A DNA stretch of 64,000 nucleotides from Callorhinchus milii (lineage: Eukaryota): contig NW_024704762.1 in NCBI RefSeq assembly GCF_018977255.1, positions 9,300,001-9,364,000 on the forward strand. Direction: 5' to 3'. The notes beneath the pieces were generated by a model that was not told where the DNA came from, did no database searches, and saw only the letters and a program-made list of their open reading frames with translations. Position 1 is the first letter of the stretch; each line of letters begins with the position of its first letter. The position numbers and the translations under genes were made by a program. Positions 16,501-29,147 of this stretch are shown here, one piece after another.

Positions 16501-17699
16501 TACAGACTGTTTAACAAAGTCAAAAAGTTTTTTAAAAATGGCTTTTGAGACCTTGCCATGACTATCCATCGCAATGCCGTTAAACTACAGATATAGCCAC
16601 TCAGAATGTTCACTTGGAATTGTAACTGTTCCACCTTATCCCTGCTGCTGATGCAAATAACTGTCATTTTTAAACCGTCATTTTGTACCGCTTTCACGTT
16701 AAATCTTTACCAAAACACCAATCGACAGACGACAAACCCATCACCACCAGCAAATCGAGATCGGTTTGTGCACTCGGTCACGGCGTGCCGAAACGGCGGG
16801 GCCGTTAAAAGTCACCCCCCCAGCCCCACCGCTCACAACATCGACACAAACCTTTTGCCTGTTACCATGCATGAGTGCCGCTGTCTTCGGGAATGTGTGG
16901 GGGTTATTTTTATGGGGGGGGGATGGTGGGTGGTGGTGGTAGGTGGGGTGGGTGGGTTGGGGGGGTGGGGTGGGGGGGGGGGCTTTAAATGAAAGGTCAA
17001 TAATAACTTGGTATCATCTGGAAAGCAGCACTTGGGAGGCAGACAGCTTGAGCCTTTTTTCTCAAAATGAAGTTGTGAGAAAGCTGCCGAGACAGATGGG
17101 ATCTCTGTGACATCACAAAGTGTTGTTTTATGATTTCCTGATGAGTTTTGATGCACTGTTTGAAACCCCCTCGTACAGCAGCCACAACAACAACGCTGAA
17201 TTGGGGGCCGCGCACACACACACACCGACAGGCGACCACAACTGCACACCCCCCAACCACCGTCCACAACCCGGACTCCTTGAACTCCGATCTGCCACAA
17301 CTCCCCCCCCCCCCCCCCTCACACCCACCCACCACACACCCCCACCCACCCACCCACCCAGTCACAGAGGCGACCACCCTGGCAACAAAAAAACACACCA
17401 CCCTGCACCCGCACCTCCACAATCCAAGGGTTCCACTCCAATCTGCCCCACTCTAGAGGGAAAGGGGGTTAAATCAGCTTCTCCCCCCCCACCCCCTCTC
17501 CTTCCTTCCTTCTCTGCCTCTCGTGTGCCAGGTGACTGGGATGCCGCTTCCTGGCGGCCCATGTGCGCCGCTCTCCTCTGTACTCCGGTGAGGGAGGGGG
17601 GGGGGGGGGTAGGCTCAGGCCTCACTTCTCCCCCCCCACCGCCACCCAGACCCACCCCATGGAGGAAAGAGAACCCGGGTGGTGGTGAGGGGGGGGGTG

Positions 17700-19200
17700 G
17701 GGGTTAAGAGAGAGAGAGAGACATTTAGGAGCCGCGAACCAGGCCGCAAAGCCTGGGACTCGAGTACGAGGCAAGGGCCCGTGCGCCCGGTTTTGAGACT
17801 ATCCACCCCCTTCTCCCGGGCCGCCGTTTCACACGCACCTCCTCCCCCCCGCCCCCCGGCCACCCCCTCCCCCTCCCTCACCTGTCCCTCGATCGGCCCT
17901 TGGCTCTGGCCTTGCGTCTGCGTCTGCGACGGCAACGTGAAGTCGGTGAACTCGAACTCCGAGCCCTGCGTGTCGGCGCCCAGGAGCTCGGCCTCCTCGG
18001 TGTCCAGGAAAGTCAGCGTCTGCGAGCTGGGCCCGTACGCGTCCACACTCATGGCGGCCACGGCGGCGGGGGGGGGGTTGGGGTTGGGGGTGGGGGTGAG
18101 GGGGTGGGTTGGTTCGGTTGGGGCTGGTTCGACCGGTCGGGTCGGTCGGTGAGTCAGTCAGGCGGGGAAGGGGAAGGGGAGGGCGCCGCTCCACACGGGT
18201 CGCGATTCAAAAACCCGGGAAGAACAACCGCTGCGCCGGCGCGAGCCCGAAGCGAGCGGGAGGGAGGGAGGGAGGGCGAGCGCGGGAAGGGAGAAAAAGG
18301 GGAGCTCGGGGGATTATTTTTTTTCTCTCTCTCTCTCTCTGCGGTTCGAGGCCTCGGGACTCAGGCTCGGGGTTCGGTGCCGCGGGCGGGGCACAAAGAT
18401 CGGTCCGCACGCCGCCGCCGCCGCCCCCACAAACACACACCCCCCCACCGAAAAAAAAACGGCGCAAATAGAAAAAAAAAACCCTCTCTCTCTCTCTCTC
18501 TCCTCCTCCTCCTCCTCCCCCTGAGAAATCGCCTCAGCAACAGCGCCGATCCGCAACTCCCCCGCAACGGGTGGACGGCTGGGGCTGACGTAGTACGCGG
18601 GGCGCCGTGACGTGGAGCGCACGAAAAGCGCGCGGCGCCAGGCCGGTGACGTCGGGGCGGGCGGGAGGGAGGGAGGCGAGCGGTGACGTAGTACGCGCGC
18701 TGGAAAGGGGAGCGAGGCGATGTGGCGCGCGGCTCGAGCGTTTTCCTCGGGACAGATAAGAGGAAGGGGGCGCGCGGGGCGGGGAGTCAGGTTTTTTTAA
18801 TGTATATATATATATGACGGCGAGAGGAAGGTTTCTCGAGCTTGAGGTGTAGTTGGGTGGGTGGGAGGGAGGGTGTGAGGTGGAGGTGTTGCGAACCGCC
18901 GAGTGCCCTCAAGATGGTGGCGCGCGCGCGCGCGTGTGTGTGTGTGGCTCGGGGTGAGGGGGGGGTGAGGGGGGGAGTCTGTTAATAAGGCCCTTTCGTC
19001 GTTCTATTTCGCTTGGTTTCGGTAACGGTCGCCCTCTATAGGTCGCCCCCCCCCCCCCACACCCCTTCTCTCACGGCGGCCGACCCCCAAGAGCGAGAGC
19101 CGCCTTCCCGGGGGGAGGGGGGAAGGGGGGGAATAGCGGACTGGCCGCCATCTTGGATATGCCTCCAAGCGCCATTGACCCCCCCCCCCTCCCCCTCCTC
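17700..19200. promoter_or_regulatory. CpG-island promoter of UPF1 with CRE-like, GC-box and YY1 motifs
   Basis: Dense CpG/GC content around exon 1; TGACG sites at 18586, 18608, 18647 and 18684; GGGGCGGG boxes; GCCGCCATCTT at 19144-19154. Confidence 0.85.
17882..18052 (-). CDS. UPF1: UPF1 coding exon 1 (regulator of nonsense transcripts 1)
   Basis: GCCGCC-ATG Kozak start at 18052; [47 protein letters not shown] matches the UPF1 N-terminus; donor CAG|GTGAGG at 17881. Confidence 0.97.
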
Positions 19201-22200
19201 TCCACCTCCCCGACCCGTTGTCCAGTACAACACTCCACTGATGGGACCCACTGAGCTCCTTCAGATAAGGGAGAAAATTAAGAGAGTCCCTTTGTGTCTT
19301 CTTATTATTACTTCCTCTCAATTCCTAGCTCAGGCGGAGGGGGTGGGTGGGGTGGGGGGGATGCCAGTTAGGGGCTTAGGTTTGGGGGGGCGGGGGGGGC
19401 CTGGGTTCTGTTTGGCTTCTTCGGAAGCTCTCACAATGGAGAGCTCGATGCCGACCCCCAGGACCGCCAGATCAGGCACTGGGATTTTTCTTCAGAGGTT
19501 CTGGGCAAACCAATGGATTCGAGTCGCTCTCCGAGTAACCACTTTGACATCATTCAGCCCTCGCCCAGCTTCCACGCACTCTTACGAGACCGCCTCTGCG
19601 TGCCATTCGCCCGTTAATTCACAGTCACTTCACAGTGAATCCTGCGAATCACTGTGGGACAGCCTCCCGATTTGAATACCTACACCAAATGGAAGGTTCT
19701 TCTTATTAGGTAGAAATGTGGCCTGGTTTCCCAACCCGCGATTGCTAATGTAGGGTTGGAGAATGCATGTATCGCTCAGATAGATTGGCAAGACCGAGGA
19801 GGGATTTAGTGACCAGGATAAGGATCATATACAATAGTAGGAGCAAAGGGGAGTCAATAGGTTTGTGGGTGTGTGGAGCCTTGTGTTTCTGGATCACTTC
19901 TGGAGACAGCTCGGGAGGCCAGTGAGTGGAGCATTGGAAAGATTTAGCCTCAAAGTACAGAAAGTATGAATAAGGGTCTCAGCTGAGGTCGGGTGGGGGG
20001 GGGGGGGAGTAACTGAGCTGAGGGTCAAGTGAAAGGTTCAACCAACCAACCACCTCATTGCAGCAAGAGTGTGAATAAAAATTCACTGCCCATTATTTCG
20101 TGGACTTCCCACACTGATGTCCATAATCACATTAAAATTGCAGGTAGTAGAGATGGAAATCCTGTGTGTTTTTTAAACAGAAAATCATCATTACTGTCTG
20201 GTCCAATAATACATTTTATCTCCACTCATATTTAGTTGTTGTCTCCTGTTTTTGTCTCTGCCTCTCTACAACGATCCTGCTGCTTCTTTTTCCTGACAAT
20301 TATTCTGTTCATTGATCACTCCTCCTTCAAAGTGCATGCCCTCAGTGCACATGAGCTCAGTTCTGCTCCAAGTATAATTGTTCAATAATGTATCTCTTCA
20401 TGCCTTTAATAGGGCAATTACATTTTAGTTTCAGTTCTGTGAGGACCGAGAGAGATACAGAATTTTAGGGAGCCCCATTGTCTTGACGTGTTGGGAAAAA
20501 ACTCCTAGGCTAGGGAAAGGGAAAAAACAGCTTACACAAGTGCCAGTAATAAAAATAAAAATTCACTGCTCACTATTTCATGCACTTCCCACACTGATGA
20601 TAATAATCCATAATCTATAAGCACATTAAAATTGCAGGTAGTAGAGACACTAGCTAACAGCCCTTGTTCACACATGAGCGTATACAGTGAGCTTTCAAAT
20701 CACAAGTCTGATCCACAGTCAATTCACTTTACAGTATATTCTGTGAAGCGCTTTGAGACATCTAGAATACGTGAAAAGTGCTGTATCAAATGCAAGGATT
20801 ATTATTATTTATCATAATTTGTGTCTACATGTGGAAAGTGATCAGCAACGTAAACTGTTTTGTTTTTCTCATCCCCAGCCAAGGAGGTGTTTCCCAACAC
20901 ATCAAGACAATGGGATTTCCCCACCCAATGTTCACCTCACTTCTCTACCTCCACCAACCCTCCACAGTTAATTTTATCGTTACAGATAGGGAGTAATAAA
21001 CTCTGGTTTACCGCACATGGAATGGGGAAGCAGCTATTATTTCTCCAAACTGTTCAATGTCTAACCGGCAGAGGGCGCTCCTCTATCTTTAAAATATTAT
21101 TAACGTATAACTTTAGGAATTCAGCTTGATTCGATGGTTTGGAATAGATTTTCTAAAAATATTAGCTAACTATTTCAAAAATACTTCTAGTCAAAGAGTG
21201 CTGGGTAGCTTGGCCTGTGATGACACACCCCTCGGTCAAACATTTGGTCAACTGTGAAGACTAGCGCTCTTGAGACACAAAGGCCGCGATGAAAATGCAA
21301 GTTGTTATTGCAGGGGCTTAGTAAATTGGGATTGTTGCTAATCCATTTCGAAGCACTACAAATTGCAACTGGAATATTCACAAAGCCTGAATCTCTCAGA
21401 ATAATTACACGAGCGATAGCAGTGGGCGGTTGTTTAAAAATGTGAAACCATAAATATACATATGCAATATTTATATATTTATGCAATATGTGTGGAAGAA
21501 ACCACGGATGTTCAGGTCGGAGGGAGTGGGGAGGGAATTAATAGCGCAGACGGCTCAAATGTTGTGTCTTGCTGCCCCATTTACAGTGCAAAATAATTCA
21601 CTGAGGCCACAGTAAGTCCGCGTGAAGTCTGCTGTGAGAAGCAAGCTGTGAGAGAATTTCCCCACCAGATGTTGGCAGAAGGTTTGATGAAACCTACTGC
21701 TGGTCTGTCTATCGCGTTCAGTGTCTATTATTTTACATTGTTAGTGCAGTGACGTCTCTCTGTCAGCGCACGCGCACAGTGCTGGATTAGCAATCTTGTA
21801 CAGCATGGGGGGGGAACTGCTGAGATTACAAGGGCAAAGATTATACATTCCACAATATACTCCTGCACCTTTATTAAAGATACAGTGTACGGCATCTAAT
21901 TTCAACTTGATGAACAGCACAGAATTCTGCAACCGACGTTCACCTCTGTGAACGTTACAAAGGGTGAAACTTGCCTTTAACCCGTTTCATATGCAGCATC
22001 CCTCATGCAGCCACGTGTGGGCATCCCAGAGAACTTGACAGTGCGGAGCAAGGGGAGGTGACTACTACTTTAAAAACTTTAAAAGGGAGCAGTGATTCCA
22101 TTAATAGGGGCAAGGATTAGATTCTCCAAATATCACATCCCTCACCCCTTTCACAGAACATCTCAAGACTTTCCTTTTCGAACGCATCTTCGGTCAACTT

Positions 22201-23159
22201 TCATCTCCCCTCCCTCCTCAGCCCCGGTGTCAAGCCAGGCAGTCCTGGGACCTTGGGACGTCATCCCGACGTGAAAAACGCTATATATAAACATAAACCT
22301 AGCATTGTATTTGTTGTGCATGGCGATCTGCCCAGTATGCCCTGTGCTTACCAACTCTGCCAACGTCCCTTCATGGGGAGATGGGTATACATGCTCTTGC
22401 ATACTGATCGTCAATGCTGTAATACACAATCCGTATCCACCCTCCTTGTTATAATGGTAATAATCCTTGCATTTGATATAGCGCCTCATCACGTCACCGA
22501 GACGGCTCAAAGCGCTTCATGGCATATACTGTAAAAGCGAATTGACTGTGTATTTTGTGGGCGAAACGACTACATTTTGTATACACTGACCCTTGTGTTT
22601 CCACTGTCACCATTATGACTAATATACGAATTACAGCCTCCTCCTTCCGTAAACCTAGCATTTAAACAGAAGGTTCTGGAGAACGGCTTTGTAGTTGAGT
22701 TGTGGTATTGTACTTGTGTTTCGCATTAAAACATATTGTGTGGGAGAGACCTGTCAGAGAGGATGTGGCTGACATTCTCTGCCTCTCCTGTTTAACTGAG
22801 TCTTGAGCAACTTATTTTAAAGTGATTCCAGCTTTCACGTCTTGTTTACAACTCTATTTATAAACCTGAATTATCGAGCTAATGTACCCCCCGACACACA
22901 CACACACTCCCTCTTGCTAAGTCCCAAGCAATCCTTTACGGCACAAAGTTATATAAGACAAACTGAATTCGTCTGCTGTAGCTTTTTATTGTGACCTGGG
23001 TTCCTGAGAACCTGTTACACCGTATTACCAACACATTCTTTTAATGTCTGATGGGAATCGCAAAATTGTACTTTCCTTTTCGCAATCACGGAGCAAAAAG
23101 AATTCAGGGCATCAAACGCAGTCAGATCATATATGCTCTGTGTGAGCTAAGAGCACAGT

Positions 23160-23470
23160 AAAAATAACAATTTGCATTCATATAGCGCCCTTCACACAGG
23201 GCAGCATCCCAGAGTGCTCGACAGTGGTGGAGCACAATGCCGAGCTGGGGGGGGTGACTAGGCACGGTCAAAGGGGAAGGTCTTGAGGCATGATCTGTAG
23301 TTTGGGCGGGACAGGGCAAGGTGGAGGAATTGAGGGAGAGATTCAGAATTTGTGGGATAGAGGCTGAAGGCATGGGTACTGATGGTGGAGGGGAGGGGAC
23401 GAGGGATATGCAGGAGGCCAGAGTCAGCCGAGCAGAGGCGGCTGATGTCGATGTTGGGAATAAGTAGATT
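23160..23470 (-). mobile_element. L2-type LINE 3' fragment adjoining the minisatellite
   Basis: TTGCATTCATATAGCGCCCTT tail plus GGGAGAGATTCAGAATTTGTGGG...GGCTGAAGGCA body; related copy at 45755-45975. Confidence 0.65.
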
Positions 23471-24078
23471 GGAGAGGTAGGGAGGTGGTTAGAGAGGTAG
23501 GGAGGTGGTTGGAGAGGAAGGGAGGTGGTTGGAGAGGTAGGGAGGTGGTTGGAGAGGAAGGGTGGCGGTTGGAGAGGTAGGGAGGTGGTTGGAGAGGAAG
23601 GGAGGTGGTTGGAGAGGAAGGGTGGGGTTTGGAGAGGTAGGGAGGTGGTTGGAGAGGTAGGGAGGTGGTTGGAGAGGTAGGGAGGTGGTTGGAGAGGTAG
23701 GGAGGTGGTTGGAGAGGTAGGGAGGTGGTTGGAGAGGTAGGGAGGCGGTTGGAGAGGTAGGGAGGTGGTTGGAGAGGAAGGGAGGTGGTTGGAGAGGTAG
23801 GGAGGTGGTTGGAGAGGAAGGGTGGCGGTTGGAGAGGTAGGGAGGTGGTTGGAGAGGAAGGGAGGTGGTTGGAGAGGAAGGGTGGGGTTTGGAGAGGTAG
23901 GGAGGTGGTTGGAGAGGTAGGGAGGTGGTTGGAGAGGTAGGGAGGTGGTTGGAGAGGTAGGGAGGTGGTTGGAGAGGTAGGGAGGTGGTTGGAGAGGTAG
24001 GGAGGCGGTTGGAGAGGTAGGGAGGTGGTTGGAGAGGTAGGGAGGCGGTTGGAGAGGTAGGGAGGCGGTTGGAGAGGT
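23471..24078 (+). repeat. G-rich minisatellite, 30 x 20-bp unit GGAGAGGTAGGGAGGTGGTT
   Basis: Directly visible; five unit variants. Confidence 0.98.
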
Positions 24079-25814
24079 TAACCAATTAACTAACAAACAC
24101 ATTCTTTACAACTTCCGAAGGGAAGAGATGGCTGCCCACATGTGGCTGCTGTGCGTAACAAATTGGAAAGACACTTTAATGATTCTGGTAAAATTGCTGG
24201 CTTCAGTTCAGATTCCTCATTGGAAATCACTGAGTCTTTTTCTCATGATCAGGGAATGCTGCGCTCAGCCAGTGCGGTTTCCCAGTGTGAACCAGCACAG
24301 AGTGTGCTCGGAAAACGAGACAGTTTCCAAACCACTAATATCCCTCCGGGAATCGTAAAAGCAGACATTGTGTAAAACAACCAGAAGTATTTGAAAATTA
24401 CCTGAGCGACTTGCTCATTTCCCACCACCCCGCTCGCTCCTTTTCATTGCTCTACTGTGACAATGCATCGGAAGCATGGAATGAAATTTACTTTGGGTTT
24501 TGCTACCGTCTCGGAAATGAAAGCAGGAGGTTTGGGGCGGCAGGTCACCAGGGCAAATCTTGTGCCACTGCACTGCAACAAACACCGAGCGGAGACACCG
24601 AAAGTCTCATTTTGTCTTCAAAAAATTGTGGAAAATTCTTCAATTCAGCCTTAACCCCACTTCCCCCCTGCCCTCCACCCCTCTTGCTCCCAATCCCCAG
24701 CTAGGGTGCAAATCCGTAACTGTCCAGTGCCTTGGGACTTCCTTCTGTCATGAAAGGCGATATATAAATATAATTTGTGGTTTGCATTTGTTGTTGTTAA
24801 GTGAAATTTAGTTGGACATTAAAGAGCCCGTGGTGCTGTTCGGAAAGAGAAAGGAGTTTCCCTCTCCCAAGGTCTTGGCCAACAATCCCCACAGAAAAAC
24901 ATTCACTTTTATGGTTGGTTTCGAGGCATTGCTGTGTGCATACTGGCTGCCATGTTCACCATCAAAATACACACAGTCTGCTTTTTACTCTATATCTGGT
25001 GTTATGTGGCTTTGAGACATTCTCTCAATGTGAAAGGTGTTATAACAAACAGAACCATGGAATCTTACAGCACAGAAGGAGGCATTCGGCCCATCGTGCC
25101 TGTGTTGGCCCTTTGAAAGAGCTACCAACTATTCCCACTCCCCCTGCATATTTTGAACTGTATATATTGCTACTACTATTATAATTATTAATAACTCGGA
25201 CCAGTCCAGCTTCCGAATTAAGAGTTGCACAAAATGCTTGAGCGTCCTGGGATGCTTGAGGGCAGAACCAAGACAAATGGAGCGAAAAACACCTCTAGAG
25301 ACAATTGGCAAGAAATCTTTGGGTTGTACAGTAATCATTTAATGCCTGTTGATACTCAGGAGACACCACCCGCTGTTAAGCTGCTGTCTCGAACCTCGCC
25401 CAGTCGGCTCAGTAATTGTTGTTTTGAGAAAAAAATGCTAGAAATGTTCTCAAGGAATTCAATAAAATATCACCCCCCCAAACACACACACACACCTCTC
25501 CTCACAGACAGACAGCAGCTTCAGACCACCTCACTGCAGGCGAGCTCACAAAAAAATCCCTTCAAAAAAAATAATAATTTGGTCGCTCAATCCACAACTG
25601 CTTGAGACACTGCTGTGCGTGTTTCACCAGCCAATTCACTTTAAAGTATGTTTTGTAAAGCGTTTTGAGCCATCTCGAAGACGTGATAAGGTGCTATATC
25701 AATTGCAAGGATTATTATTGTTATATCTTCATGTGCTGCATGTGTTACCAAGTGAGTGCCGTAGCAGAGCCTTAGAACAAGGATGGGTTACGTAACAGAG
25801 AGTAGGAGTCAGTC

Positions 25815-26045
25815 TGGGCTCAATCAGAAGCACTCTTGCCTCAGGGTCAGAAACTTGCGAAATGAAGCACACGATTGGGACTTGAGCTCATAGTCTAGGC
25901 TGGGAGAGTGAGCATTGCAGGGAAACAATCTTTTGGACAAGAAGTTCAACCAAGTTCCTGTCTGCCTGCTTAGGACGTAAAATCCTTTGACACTTCTTGA
26001 AAAGAAAAGGCAGGTTCATCCAATGTCCTGGCCAAAGCTCCTCGA
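25815..26045 (+). mobile_element. Old Deu-domain-like SINE (SacSINE1/AmnSINE1-like)
   Basis: AGCACTCTTGCCTC..GGTCAGAA head and GGACGTAAAATCC...GAAAAG...TGTCCTGGCCAA block; family match from memory. Confidence 0.55.
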
Positions 26046-28454
26046 CGTTAATTGGTGGTTAACCTCATGGCTGTTTAGCAGGAGCTTGACGGTGCCACTG
26101 CAGAAACACACTTGACAGGAAATTAATTGTGAAGCCTTTGCGATCGGGCGATGTGAAAAGAGTCCATACAAGAATGCCTGTTGTACTCTTTGTTTTATTT
26201 TATTTTGTTTACTTGCATTTGATATAGCGCCTTATCACGGCGTTGAAACGTCTCAAAGCGCTTCGCCGGATATACCGTAAAGTGGAGTGACTTTGTATTT
26301 TGTGGGTAAAACGCAACAGCCAGTGAGAGGCACATAGTGAGCAGGGGATGCAATGGAGAGCCTTTCTAACCCTCTCTGACTGTAATCTGAGACAGAAAGT
26401 AGACACAAGACAGAACAGAGGTAACCTGAACTGCCCAATAGGTCTTTAATTCTGTTTTGGTGAAAGACTGGCTTAATGACAAGATACACACACAAACCCG
26501 AAGGAACGCAGAAATGAAACAAAAGCAATATTTAAGCAGTGCCGGCTGAGGTGACATTAAAACAGCAAGTCAGAGCAGCTTCAGGCGTAAGAACTTGCAC
26601 TCGACGTCTCAAAGCGCTTCACGGAATGTACTGTAAAGTGGTCCTGACGGTGTATTTTGTGGGCCAAACACGGCAGCCAATTGCACACCGCAATATAATT
26701 TATGGGACGCCTTGCCTCACACGCCAGCTTGTGAGGGGAAGAATGTCAGGCTTGTCCTCGGACCTGACTGCTCGCTGAGGCAGGCAGGCAGGCAGGTTGC
26801 TGAATGGAATGGAAATCCCACATGGCATTGGCAATGGGAGGCGGTCGGAGCGAGTGGCAGACATTTCCCCCCCGACAAGAATTCTTGGATCATCTGGAAA
26901 ACTCATTATAAGTGAATGAGGCACGAAAAATAGCAGGACTCGGGTCGTCCAGACCAGAGCAGCCAAACATTCAGCAAAACACAGACTCGGGACTAGAGCC
27001 AGGAAAGCTCAGCTCAGCCGCTCACTCAGGGCTGCAGGGGAAACGCGGACTTGGCTGAAGGTGTTCAGTGCTGGAGCTCTCAATATTGGTTGTGAAGCTC
27101 TTTAGGGAAGAGTATGAGCATTTTGCGGGGTCTTTATTGCGTACGTTGTCGTTCTGCACTGAGTTGGCCCATCTCAAAATGCTTCACAGGTAATTGCTGG
27201 CAAGTGTGGTGACTGTGTGTTTGACCACAATCACAGCACCACCGACAACAACTGACATTTATACATTGTCGGGAGGAAGTCCCAAGGGGTTGGATGGTCA
27301 AAGGTTTGCATCTGGTCTGGGGGTTGGAATCAAGAGGGGGGGGTGGGGGGAGGGGGAAGTGATGGGAAGACTTATTGCATTAATTGCCGTCCAGTATATC
27401 CCTCCCTCTCCCACCCCCCCCCCCCCACACACACATTAGAAACACTCAGCCAGAGGTCCATCAGCCCACCTACACATGGAAATCCCAGAGATCGATTATT
27501 AGAATGGAATGCGCTCCCTCTCTGTCTCCCTAATTCTGGAATGTATTAGGCGCAGATTGGCGAGAGCCAAGGCTTGGGAGTGGGGAGTCCAGAGTGTGGA
27601 TGGGCTAATTCCTTTGGAACAACCTTACATTGTGGGTCTCAGACATTCTGGGGTCTGTCACACTGATGTACTGCACTGATGGATGGATCGAAACAAGTAA
27701 CGGGAAGCTTATTGAGATTAAACCGGCTTTGGTCTCGTGCTCTGGGCTCATGTTCTGTTTATCCTATCCGAGCTCACGGGACGTGCTCTGCCTGTTATAT
27801 GATTTACCCTGCAATCAATCACACCGGTTGTTCTTCCACCTTTTTTTGCTTCCTTTCCCAGATGTTCCTGCAGCTGGGAGCTGTGTAAAAGCCACCGATG
27901 CCCTTCAGTAAAACAAGGAATTCATCTGTCTCAGTGTGCGCTTCTCTCAGATCATAGGAACCTGAATAATATAATAATAATCATAGTATTTGATATATCG
28001 CCTTATCAAGTCTTCAAGACGCCTCAAAGCGCTTCAGGGATATACTGTAAAGTGAATTGACACTATTTTGCAGGCAATAAATAAAAAATACATCAAGGGC
28101 CTCATCTCTCCCAACTAAGCCAAGACCCCGACATTCCAGGCTGTGAGACAAGCTGCTCTTAAAACTTAATATCGCGTGGAATTGTGGAAAGCTCTTAAAT
28201 TCAGTTGTTAATTTGGAAACCATTTTATTTCCCCTCCGCCCGCAATTCCCTTATAAAAAGAAACCGTTTTTTTCCAAACTCAGGATTGGATTGAAGAATT
28301 TTCCACACTTCTGCATCATCTTTAAAGGTCGAGACAAAAATGATCTCACACAAGATGAATACTGGCGGAATTTCAGGCCTCGGCCAATCTACTGCAGTTT
28401 GTCCTCATCCTTTCGTCTCCTGATCCCCTTTCCCAACAGGTTTTGATTCAAGTT

Positions 28455-28560
28455 TCCATCGAAGGTTACCTGTTCAGGTGGATGTTAAAAATTCTGCGTC
28501 GCTATTCGAAAAGAGAAGGGAGTTTTTCTCTCTCCCGGTGTCCTGGCCGACAATTCACCA
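28455..28560 (+). mobile_element. Deu-domain-like SINE fragment upstream of COMP
   Basis: GTTCAGGTGGATGTTAAAAATTC...GCTATTCGAAAAGAGAAGGGAGTT...CCGGTGTCCTGGCC; similar to 24810-24885 and 25965-26035. Confidence 0.6.
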
Positions 28561-29071
28561 AATAACAAAGACGGCAGCCAATTATGCACAGCAATGTCCC
28601 ACAAACTGTCGTGGATTGATTGACCACATTTTTTTCCTGGAGGGATTATTACCCCTGGAGGGATAGAAGGAGGAGAAGGGAGCCTTGGAATGAAACTGGC
28701 TCAGAGATACAGGCAGGAAATGAAATGAAATTAGATTGAAATGCCTGCCGCTGCTTTCATGCTGGTCCAAGGGGCGATTTCAAACCTATTTTGTTTTTGT
28801 TTTGGAAAAAAAAAAGGTTGCGTGCCGCAATTTAATGCCAGTAAATGATGTCACTCCGACAGAAATCGGAGCAAATAAAAAGTGGGCAGATTGGAAAAGC
28901 AGCAAACATTCGTAGACAGAGAGAGAGAGAGAGAGTGAGTGAGTGAGAGACAGAGACAGAGAATGCTGAACACTGGTTAACTTCGCAAACGTACACACAT
29001 GAAAGTTCACAGAATTACAATCAACTTCGAAACAGTCGCCACAAAACCACAGCAGAAAAACAACTGGAAAC

Positions 29072-29147
29072 ATGAAGCAGAAATTCTTCATATTGATTTC
29101 CGCTTTGCTGTACCATTTCAGCTCCTGTCAGTTCCAGAACTCCCCAG
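29072..29147 (+). CDS. COMP: COMP exon 1 (signal peptide)
   Basis: MKQKFFILISALLYHFSSCQFQNSP: basic N-terminus plus hydrophobic core; strong phase-1 donor CAG|GTAAGG, in frame with exon 2. Confidence 0.85.

Noticed and set aside
16833-19675. Many overlapping 100-236 aa ORFs around UPF1 exon 1
   Set aside because: GC-rich low-complexity CpG-island sequence is depleted of stops; only 17882-18052 matches a known protein.
23471-24078. CRISPR-like array
   Set aside because: Units are contiguous with no unique spacers, no cas genes, and the context is eukaryotic.
23122-24102. 326-aa and 198-aa Pro/Ser-rich ORFs
   Set aside because: Products of the stop-free 20-bp minisatellite; no splice or homology support.
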